From contig OZ024743.1 in NCBI GenBank assembly GCA_964016885.1, forward strand, positions 308,388,001 through 308,452,000: 64,000 nt of DNA, given 5' to 3'. Positions 49,101 to 61,100 of the stretch are shown piece by piece; within the stretch, counting starts at the first letter, position 1, and every line of letters begins with the position of its first letter. Below the pieces are notes generated by a model. The model was not told the origin of the DNA. It saw nothing but the letters and a program-made list of their open reading frames with translations, and ran no database searches. The position numbers and the translations under genes were made by a program. Source of the stretch: Eledone cirrhosa. Taxonomy: Eukaryota.

Positions 49101-52100
49101 TTCCTACACTGTAAATAACAGTGGTAACAGTTCTGAGAAAGACTATATAGTCCAGCACTAGCTTCCTACACTGTAAATAACAATGGTAACAGTTCTGAGA
49201 AAGACTATATAGTCCAGCACTAGCTTCCTACACTGTAAATAACAATGGTAACAGTTCTGAGAAAGACTATATAGTCCAGCACTAGCTTCCTACACTGTAA
49301 ATAACAGTGGTAACAGTTCTGAGAAAGACTATATAGTCAAGCACTAGCTTCCTGCACTGTAAATAACAGTGGTAACAGTTCTGAGAAAGACGATATAGTG
49401 AAGCACTAGCTTCCTACACTGTAAATAACAGTGGTAACAGTTCTGAGAAAGACTATATAGTCCAGCACTAGCTTCCTACACTGTAAATAACAGTGGTAAC
49501 AGTTCTGAGAAAGACTATATAGTCCAGCACAAGCTTCCTACACTGTAAATAACAGTGGTAACAGTTCTGAGAAAGACTATATAGTCCAGCACTAGCTTCC
49601 TACGCTGTAAATAACAATGGTAACAGTTCTGAGAAAGACTATATAGTCCAGCACTAGCTTCCTACACTGTAAATAACAATGGTAACAGTTCTGAGAAAGA
49701 CTATATAGTCCAGCACAAGCTTCCTACACTGTAAATAACAGTGGTAACAGTTCTGAGAAAGACTATATAGTCCAGCACTAGCTTTCTACACTGTAAATAA
49801 CAGTGGTAACAGTTCTGAGAAAGACTATATAGTCCAGCACAAGCTTCCTACACTGTAAATAACAGTGGTAACAGTTCTGAGAAAGACTATATAGTCCAGC
49901 ACTAGCTTGCTACACTGTAAATAACAGTGGTAACAGTTCTGAGAAGGACTATATAGTCCAGCACTAGCTTCCTACGCTGTAAATAACAGTGGTAACAGTT
50001 CTGAGAAAGACTATATAGTCCAGCACTAGCTTCCTACACTGTAAATAACAGTGGTAACAGTTCTGATAAAGACTATATAGTCCAGCACTAGCTTCTTACA
50101 CTGTAAATAACAGTGGTAACAGTTCTGAGAAAGACTATATAGTCCAGCACTAGCTTCCTACACTGTAAATAACAGTGGTAACAGTTCTGAGAAGGACTTT
50201 ATAGTCCAGCACTAGCTTCCTACACTGTAAATAACAGTGGTAACAGTTCTGAGAAAGACTTTATAGTCCAGCACTAGCTTCCTACACTGTTAATAACAGT
50301 GGTAACAGTTCTGAGAAAGACTATATAGTCCAGCACTAGCTTCCTACACTGTAAATAACAGTGGTTACATTACTGAGAAAGACTATATAGTCCAGCACTA
50401 GCTTCCTACACTATAAATAACAGTGGTAACAGTTCTGAGAAAGACTATATATCCCATCACTAGCTTCCTACACTGTAAATAACAGTGGTAACAGTTCTGA
50501 GAAAGATTATATAGTCCAGCACTAGCTTCCTACACTGTAAATAACAGTGGTAACAGTTCTGAGAAAGACTATATAGTCCAGCACTAGCTTCCTACACTGT
50601 AAATAACAGTGGTAACAGTTCTGAGAAAGATTATATAGTCCAGCACTAGCTTCCTACACTGTAAATAACAGTGGTAACAGTACTGAGAAAGACTTTATTG
50701 TCCAGCACTAGCTTCATTACACTGTAAATAACAGTGGTAACAGATCTAAGAAAGATTATATAGTCCAGCACTAGCTTCCTACACTGTAAATAACAGTGGT
50801 AACAGTACTGAGAAAGACTATATAGTCCAGCACTAACTTCCTACACTGTAAATAACAGTGGTAACAGTTCTGAGAAAGACTATATAGTCCAGCACTAGCT
50901 TCCTACACTGTAAATAACAGTGGTAACAGTACTGAGAAAGACTATATAGTCCAGGACTAGCTTCCTACACTGTAAATAACAGTGGTAACAGTTCTGAGAA
51001 AGACTATATAGTCCAGCACTAGCTTCCTACACTGTAAATAACAGTGGTAACAGTTCTGAGAAAGACTATATAGTCCAGCACTAGCTTCCTAAACTGTAAA
51101 TAACAGTGGTAACAGTTCTGAGAACGACTATATAGTCCAGCACTAGCTTCCTACACTGTAAATAACAGTGGTAACAGTTCTGAGAAAGACTGTATAGTCC
51201 AGCACTAGCTTCCTACACTGTAAATAACAGTGGTAACAGTTCTGAGAAAGATTATATAGTCCAGCACTAGCTTCCTACACTGTAAATAACAGTGGTAACA
51301 GTTCTGAGAAGGACTATATAGTCCAGCACTAGCTTCCTACACTGTAAATAACAGTGGTAACAGTTCTGAGAAAGACTATATAGTCCAGCACTAGCTTCCT
51401 ACGCTGTAAATAACAGTGGTAACAGTTCTGAGAAAGACTTTATAGTCCAGCACTAGCTTCCTACACTGTAAATAACAGTGGTAACAGTTCTGAGAAAGAC
51501 TATATAGTCCAGCACTAGCTTCCTACACTGTAAATAACAGTGGTAACAGTTCTGAGAATGAGTATATAGTCCAGCACTAGCTTCCTACACTGTAAATAAC
51601 AGTGGTAACAGTTTTGAGAAAGACTATATAGTCCAGCACTAGCTTCCTACACTGTCAATAACAGTGGTAACAGTTCTGAGAAAGACTTCATAGTCCAGCA
51701 CTAGCTTCCTACACTGTAAATAACAGTGGTAACAGTTCTGAGAAAGACTTTATAGTCCAGCACTAGCTTCCTACACTGTAAATAACAGTGGTAACAGTTC
51801 TGAGAAGGACTTTATAGTCCAGCACTAGCTTCCTACACTGTAAATAACAGTGGTAACAGTTCTGAGAAAGACTATATAGTCCAGCACTAGCTTCCTACAC
51901 TGTGAATAACAGTGGTAACAGTTCTGAGAAAGACTATATAGTCCAGCACTAGCTTCCTACACTGTAAATAACAGTGGTAACAGTTCTGAGAAAGACTATA
52001 TAGTCCAGCACTAGCTTCCTACACTGTAAATAACAGTGGTAACAGTTCTGAGAAGGACTATATAGTCCAGCACTAGCTTCCTACACGGTAAATAACAGTG

Positions 52101-55100
52101 GTAACAGTTCTGAGAAAGACTATATAGTCCAGCACTAGCTTCCTACACTGTAAATAACAGTGGTAACAGTTCTGAGAAGGACTATATAGTCCAGCACTAG
52201 CTTGCTACACTGTAAATAACAGTGGTAACAGTTCTGAGAAAGACTATATAGTCCAGCACTAGCTTCCTACACTGTAAATAACAGTGGTAACAGTTCTGAG
52301 AAAGACTATATAGTCCAGCACTAGCTTCCTACACTGTAAATAACAATGGTAACAGTTCTGAGAAAGACTATATAGTCCAGCACTAGCTTCCTACACTGTA
52401 AATAACAATGGTAACAGTTCTGAGAAAGTCTATATAGTCCAGCACTAGCTTCCTACACTGTCAATAACAATGGTAACAGTTCTGAGAAAGACTATATAGT
52501 CCAGCACTTGCTTCCTACACTGTCAATAACAGTGGTAACAGATCTGAGAAGGACTATATAGTCCAGCACTAGCTTCCTACACTGTAAATAACAGTGGTAC
52601 CAGTTCTGAGAAGGACTTTATAGTCCAGCACTAGCTTCCTACACTGTCAATAACAGTGGTAACAGTTCTGAGAAGGACTATATAGTCCAGCACTAGCTTC
52701 CTACACTGTAAATAACAGTGGTACCAGTTCTGAGAAGGACTTTATAGTCCAGCACTAGCTTCCTACACTGTAAATAACAGTGGTAACAGTTCTGAGAAAG
52801 ACTATATAGTCCAGCACTAGCTTCCTACACTGTAAATAACAGTGGTAACAGTTCTGAGAAAGACTATATAGTCCAGCACTAGCTTCCTACACTGTAAATA
52901 ACAGTGGTAACAGTTCTGAGAAAGACTATATAGTCCAGCACTAGCTTCCTACACTGTAAATAACAGTGGTAACAGTTCTGAGAAAGACTTTATAGTCCAG
53001 CACTAGCTTCCTACACTGTGAATAACAGTGGTAACAGTTCTGAGAAAGACTATATAGTCCAGCACTAGCTTCCTACACTGTAAATAACAGTGGTAACAGT
53101 TCTGAGAAAGACTATATAGTCCAGCACTAGCTTCCTACACTGTAAATAACAGTGGTAACAGTTCTGAGAAAGACTATATAGTCCAGCACTAGCTTCCTAC
53201 ACTGTAAATAACAGTGGTAACAGTTCTGAGAAAGACTATATAGTCCAGCACTAGCTTCCTACACTGTAAATAACAGTGGTAACAGTTCTGAGAAAGACTA
53301 TATAGTCCAGCACTAGCTTCCTACACTGTAAATAACAGTGGTAACAGTTCTGAGAAAGACTATATAGTCAAGCACTAGCTTCCTGCACTGTAAATAACAG
53401 TGGTAACAGTTCTGAGAAAGACGATATAGTGAAGCACTAGCTTCCTACACTGTAAATAACAGTGGTAACAGTTCTGAGAAAGACTATATAGTCCAGCACT
53501 AGCTTCCTACACTGTAAATAACAGTGGTAACAGTTCTGAGAAAGACTATATAGTCCAGCACAAGCTTCCTACACTGTAAATAACAGTGGTAACAGTTCTG
53601 AGAAAGACTATATAGTCCAGCACTAGCTTCCTACGCTGTAAATAACAATGGTAACAGTTCTGAGAAAGACTATATAGTCCAGCACTAGCTTCCTACACTG
53701 TAAATAACAATGGTAACAGTTCTGAGAAAGACTATATAGTCCAGCACAAGCTTCCTACACTGTAAATAACAGTGGTAACAGTTCTGAGAAAGACTATATA
53801 GTCCAGCACTAGCTTTCTACACTGTAAATAACAGTGGTAACAGTTCTGAGAAAGACTATATAGTCAAGCACTAGCTTCCTACACTGTAAATAACAGTGGT
53901 AACAGTTCTGAGAAAGACTTTATAGTCCAGCAATAGCTTCCTACACTGTAAATAACAGTCGTAACAGTTCTGAGAAAGACTTTATAGTCCAGCACTAGCT
54001 TCCTACACTGTAAATAACAGTGGTAACAGTTCTGAGAAAGACTATATAGTCCAGCACTAGCTTCCTACACTGTCAATAACAGTGGTAACAGTTCTGAGAA
54101 AGACTATATAGTCCAGCACTAGCTTCCTACACTGTAAATAACAATGGTAACAGTTCTGAGAAAGACTATATAGTCCAGCACTAGCTTCCTACACTGTAAA
54201 TAACAGTGGTAACAGTTCTGAGAAAGACTATATAGTCCAGCACAAGCTTCCTACACTGTAAATAACAGTGGTAACAGTTCTGAGAAAGACTATATAGTCC
54301 AGCACTAGCTTGCTACACTGTAAATGACAGTGGTAACAGTTCTGAGAAGGACTATATAGTCCAGCACTAGCTTCCTACGCTGTAAATAACAGTGGTAACA
54401 GTTCTGAGAAAGACTATATAGTCCAGCACTAGCTTCTTACACTGTAAATAACAGTGGTAACAGTTCTGAGAAAGACTATATAGTCCAGCACTAGCTTCCT
54501 ACACTGTAAATAACAGTGGTAACAGTTCTGAGAAGGACTTTATAGTCCAGCACTAGCTTCCTACACTGTAAATAACAGTGGTAACAGTTCTGAGAAAGAC
54601 TTTATAGTCCAGCACTAGCTTCCTACACTGTTAATAACAGTGGTAACAGTTCTGAGAAGGACTTTATAGTCCAGCACTAGCTTCCTACACTGTAAATAAC
54701 AGTGGTAACAGTTCTGAGAAAGACTTTATAGTCCAGCTCTAGCTTCCTACACTGTTAATAACAGTGGTAACAGTTCTGAGAAAGACTATATAGTCCAGCA
54801 CTAGCTTCCTACACTGTCAATAACAGTGGTAACAGTTCTGAGAAAGACTATATAGTCCAGCACTAGCTTCCTACACTGTAAATAACAATGGTAACAGTTC
54901 TGAGAAAGACTATATAGTCCAGCACAAGCTTCCTACACTGTAAATAACAGTGGTAACAGTTCTGAGAAAGACGATATAGTCAAGCACTAGTTTCCTACAC
55001 TGTAAATAACAGTGGTAACAGTTCTGAGAAAGACTATATAGTCCAGCACTAGCTTTCTACACTGTAAATAACAGTGGTAACAGTTCTGAGAAAGACTATA

Positions 55101-58100
55101 TAGTCAAGCACTAACTTCCTACACTGTAAATAAGAGTGGTAACAGTTCTGAAAAAGATTTTATAGTCCAGCACTAGCTTCCTACACTGTAAATAACAGTG
55201 GTAACAGTTCTGAGAAAGACTTTATAGTCCAGCACTAGCTTCCTACACTGTAAATAACAGTGGTAAGAGTTCTGAGAAAGACTATATAGTCCAGCACTAG
55301 CTTCCTACACTGTAAATAACAGTGGTTACATTACTGAGAAAGACTATATAGTCCAGCACTAGCTTCCTTCACTATAAATAACAGTGGTAACAGTTCTGAG
55401 AAAGACTATATATCCCATCACTAGCTTCCTACACTGTAAATAACAGTGGTAACAGTTCTGAGAAAGATTATATAGTCCAGCACTAGCTTCCTACACTGTA
55501 AATAACAGTGGTAACAGTTCTGAGAAAGACTATATAGTCCAGCACTAGCTTCCTACACTGTAAATAACAGTGGTAACAGTTCTGAGAAAGATTATATAGT
55601 CCAGCACTAGCTTCCTACACTGTAAATAACAGTGGTAACAGTACTGAGAAAGACTTTATTGTCCAGCACTAGCTTCATTACAATGTAAATAACAGTGGTA
55701 ACAGATCTAAGAAAGATTATATAGTCCAGCACTAGCTTCCTACACTGTAAATAACAGTGGTAACAGTACTGAGAAAGACTATATAGTCCAGCACTAGCTT
55801 CCTACACTGTAAATAACAGTGGTAACAGTTCTGAGAAAGACTATATAGTCCAGCACTAGCTTCCTACACTGTAAATAACAGTGGTAACAGTACTGAGAAA
55901 GACTATATAGTCCAGGACTAGCTTCCTACACTGTAAATAACAGTGGTAACAGTTCTGAGAAAGACTATATAGTCCAGCACTAGCTTCCTACACTGTAAAT
56001 AACAGTGGTAACAGTTCTGAGAAAGACTATATAGTCCAGCACTAGCTTCCTAAACTGTAAATAACAGTGGTAACAGTTCTGAGAACGACTATATAGTCCA
56101 GCACTAGCTTCCTACACTGTAAATAACAGTGGTAACAGTTCTGAGAAAGACTGTATAGTCCAGCACTAGCTTCCTACACTGTAAATAACAGTGGTAACAG
56201 TTCTGAGAAAGACTATATAGTCCAGCACTAGCTTCCTACACTGTAAATAACAGTGGTAACAGTTCTGAGAAGGACTATATAGTCCAGCACTAGCTTCCTA
56301 CACTGTAAATAACAGTGGTAACAGTTCTGAGAATGACTATATAGTCCAGCACTAGCTTCCTACGCTGTAAATAACAGTGGTAACAGTTCTGAGAAAGACT
56401 TTATAGTCCAGCACTAGCTTCCTACACTGTAAATAACAGTGGTAACAGTTCTGAGAAAGACTATATAGTCCAGCACTAGCTTCCTACACTGTAAATAACA
56501 GTGGTAACAGTTCTGAGAATGAGTATATAGTCCAGCACTAGCTTCCTACACTGTAAATAACAGTGGTAACAGTTTTGAGAAAGACTATATAGTCCAGCAC
56601 TAGCTTCCTACACTGTCAATAACAGTGGTAACAGTTCTGAGAAAGACTTCATAGTCCAGCACTAGCTTCCTACACTGTAAATAACAGTGGTAACAGTTCT
56701 GAGAAAGACTTTATAGTCCAGCACTAGCTTCCTACACTGTAAATAACAGTGGTAACAGTTCTGAGAAGGACTTTATAGTCCAGCACTAGCTTCCTACACT
56801 GTAAATAACAGTGGTAACAGTTCTGAGAAAGACTATATAGTCCAACACTAGCTTCCTACACTGTCAATAACAGTGGTAACAGTTCTGAGAAGGACTATAT
56901 AGTCCAGCACTAGCTTCCTACACTGTGAATAACAGTGGTAACAGTTCTGAGAAAGACTATATAGTCCAGCACTAGCTTCCTACACTGTAAATAACAGTGG
57001 TAACAGTTCTGAGAAAGACTATATAGTCCAGCACTAGCTTCCTACACTGTAAATAACAGTGGTAACAGTTCTGAGAAGGACTATATAGTCCAGCACTAGC
57101 TTCCTACACTGTAAATAACAGTGGTAACAGTTCTGAGAAAGACTATATAGTCCAGCACTAGCTTCCTACACTGTAAATAACAGTGGTAACAGTTCTGAGA
57201 AGGACTATATAGTCCAGCACTAGCTTCCTACACTGTCAATAACAGTGGTAACAGATCTGAGAAGGACTATATAGTCCAGCACTAGCTTCCTACACTGTAA
57301 ATAACAGTGGTACCAGTTCTGAGAAGGACTTTATAGTCCAGCACTAGCTTCCTACACTGTAAATAACAGTGGTAACAGTTCTGAGAAGGACTATATAGTC
57401 CAGCACTAGCTTCCTACACTGTAAATAACAGTGGTAACAGTTCTGAGAAAGACTTTATAGTCCAGCACTAGCTTCCTACACTGTGAATAACAGTGGTAAC
57501 AGTTCTGAGAAAGACTATATAGTCCAGCACTAGCTTCCTACACTGTAAATAACAGTGGTAACAGTTCTGAGAAAGACTATATAGTCCAGCACTAGCTTCC
57601 TACACTGTAAATAACAGTGGTAACAGTTCTGAGAAAGACTATATAGTCCAGCACTAGCTTCCTACACTGTAAATAACAGTGGTAACAGTTCTGAGAAAGA
57701 CTATATAGTCCAGCACTAGCTTCCTACACTGTAAATAACAGTGGTAACAGTTCTGAGAAAGACTATATAGTCCAGCACTAGCTTCCTACACTGTAAATAA
57801 CAGTGGTAACAGTTCTGAGAAAGACTTTATAGTCCAGCACTAGCTTCCTACACTGTGAATAACAGTGGTAACAGTTCTGAGAAAGACTATATAGTCCAGC
57901 ACTAGCTTCCTACACTGTAAATAACAGTGGTAACAGTTCTGAGAAAGACTATATAGTCCAGCACTAGCTTCCTACACTGTCAATAACAGTGGTAACAGTT
58001 CTGAGAAAGACTTTATAGTCCAGCACTAGCTTCCTACACTGTGAATAACAGTGGTAACAGTTCTGAGAAAGACTATATAGTCCAGCACTATCTTCCTACA

Positions 58101-61100
58101 CTGTAAATAACAGTGGTAACAGTTCTGAGAAAGACTATATAGTCCAGCACTAGCTTCCTACACTGTCAATAACAGTGGTAACAGTTCTGAGAAAGACTTT
58201 ATAGTCCAGCACTAGCTTCCTACACTGTGAATAACAGTGGTAACAGTTCTGAGAAAGACTATATAGTCCAGCACTAGCTTCCTACACTGTCAATAACAGT
58301 GGTAACAGTTCTGAGAAAGACTTTATAGTCCAGCACTAGCTTCCTACACTGTAAATAACAGTGGTAACAGTTCTGAGAAAGACTATATAGTCCAGCACTA
58401 GCTTCCTACACTGTAAATAACAGTGGTAACAGTTCTGAGAAAGACTATATAGTCCAGCACTAGCTTCCTACACTGTAAATAACAGTGGTAACAGTTCTGA
58501 GAAAGACTTTATAGTCCAGCACTAGCTTCCTACACTGTAAATAACAGTGGTAACAGTTCTGAGAAAGACTATATAGTCCAGCACTAGCTTCCTACACTGT
58601 CAATAACAGTGGTAACAGTTCTGAGAAAGACTATATAGTCCAGCACTAGCTTCCTACACTGTAAATAACAATGGTAACAGTTCTGAGAAAGACTATATAG
58701 TCCAGCACTAGCTTCCTACACTGTAAATAACAGTGGTAAGAGTTCTGAGAAAGACTATATAGTCCAGCACAAGCTTCCTACACTGTAAATAACAGTGGTA
58801 ACAGTTCTGAGAAAGACTATATAGTCCAGCACTAGCTTGCTACACTGTAAATAACAGTGGTAACAGTTCTGAGAAGGACTATATAGTCCAGCACTAGCTT
58901 CCTACGCTGTAAATAACAGTGGTAACAGTTCTGAGAAAGACTATATAGTCCAGCACTAGCTTCCTACACTGTAAATAACAGTGGTAACAGTTCTGATAAA
59001 GACTATATAGTCCAGCACTAGCTTCTTACACTGTAAATAACAGTGGTAACAGTTCTGAGAAAGACTATATAGTCCAGCACTAGCTTCCTACACTGTAAAT
59101 AACAGTGGTAACAGTTCTGAGAAGGACTTTATAGTCCAGCACTAGCTTCCTACACTGTAAATAACAGTGGTAACAGTTCTGAGAAAGACTTTATAGTCCA
59201 GCACTAGCTTCCTACACTGTTAATAACAGTGGTAACAGTTCTGAGAAGGACTTTATAGTCCAGCACTAGCTTCCTACACTGTAAATAACAGTGGTAACAG
59301 TTCTGAGAAAGACTTTATAGTCCAGCACTAGCTTCCTACACTGTTAATAACAGTGGTAACAGTTCTGAGAAAGACTATATAGTCCAGCACTAGCTTCCTA
59401 CACTGTCAATAACAGTGGTAACCGTTCTGAGAAAGACTATATAGTCCAGCACTAGCTTCCTACACTGTAAATAACAATGGTAACAGTTCTGAGAAAGACT
59501 ATATAGTCCAGCACAAGCTTCCTACACTGTAAATAACAGTGGTAACAGTTCTGAGAAAGACGATATAGTCAAGCACTAGCTTCCTACACTGTAAATAACA
59601 GTGGTAACAGTTCTGAGAAAGACTATATAGTCCAGCACTAGCTTTCTACACTGTAAATAACAGTGGTAACAGTTCTGAGAAAGACTATATAGTCAAGCAC
59701 TAACTTCCTACACTGTAAATAACAGTGGTAACAGTTCTGAAAAAGATTTTATAGTCCAGCACTAGCTTCCTACACTGTAAATAACAGTGGTAACAGTTCT
59801 GAGAAAGACTTTATAGTCCAGCACTAGCTTCCTACACTGTAAATAACAGTGGTAAGAGTTCTGAGAAAGACTATATAGTCCAGCACTAGCTTCCTACACT
59901 GTAAATAACAGTGGTTACATTACTGAGAAAGACTATATAGTCCAGCACTAGCTTCCTACACTATAAATAACAGTGGTAACAGTTCTGAGAAAGACTATAT
60001 ATCCCATCACTAGCTTCCTACACTGTAAATAACAGTGGTAACAGTTCTGAGAAAGATTATATAGTCCAGCACTAGCTTCCTACACTGTAAATAACAGTGG
60101 TAACAGTTCTGAGAAAGACTATATAGTCCAGCACTAGCTTCCTACACTGTAAATAACAGTGGTAACAGTTCTGAGAAAGATTATATAGTCCAGCACTAGC
60201 TTCCTACACTGTAAATAACAGTGGTAACAGTACTGAGAAAGACTTTATTGTCCAGCACTAGCTTCATTACACTGTAAATAACAGTGGTAACAGATCTAAG
60301 AAAGATTATATAGTCCAGCACTAGCTTCCTACACTGTAAATAACAGTGGTAACAGTACTGAGAAAGACTATATAGTCCAGCACTAGCTTCCTACACTGTA
60401 AATAACAGTGGTAACAGTTCTGAGAAAGACTATATAGTCCAGCACTAGCTTCCTACACTGTAAATAACAGTGGTAACAGTACTGAGAAAGACTATATAGT
60501 CCAGGACTAGCTTCCTACACTGTAAATAACAGTGGTAACAGTTCTGAGAAAGACTATATAGTCCAGCACTAGCTTCCTACACTGTAAATAACAGTGGTAA
60601 CAGTTCTGAGAAAGACTATATAGTCCAGCACTAGCTTCCTAAACTGTAAATAACAGTGGTAACAGTTCTGAGAACGACTATATAGTCCAGCACTAGCTTC
60701 CTACACTGTAAATAACAGTGGTAACAGTTCTGAGAAAGACTGTATAGTCCAGCACTAGCTTCCTACACTGTAAATAACAGTGGTAACAGTTCTGAGAAAG
60801 ACTATATAGTCCAGCACTAGCTTCCTACACTGTAAATAACAGTGGTAACAGTTCTGAGAAGGACTATATAGTCCAGCACTAGCTTCCTACACTGTAAATA
60901 ACAGTGGTAACAGTTCTGAGAAAGACTATATAGTCCAGCACTAGCTTCCTACGCTGTAAATAACAGTGGTAACAGTTCTGAGAAAGACTTTATAGTCCAG
61001 CACTAGCTTCCTACACTGTAAATAACAGTGGTAACAGTTCTGAGAAAGACTATATAGTCCAGCACTAGCTTCCTACACTGTAAATAACAGTGGTAACAGT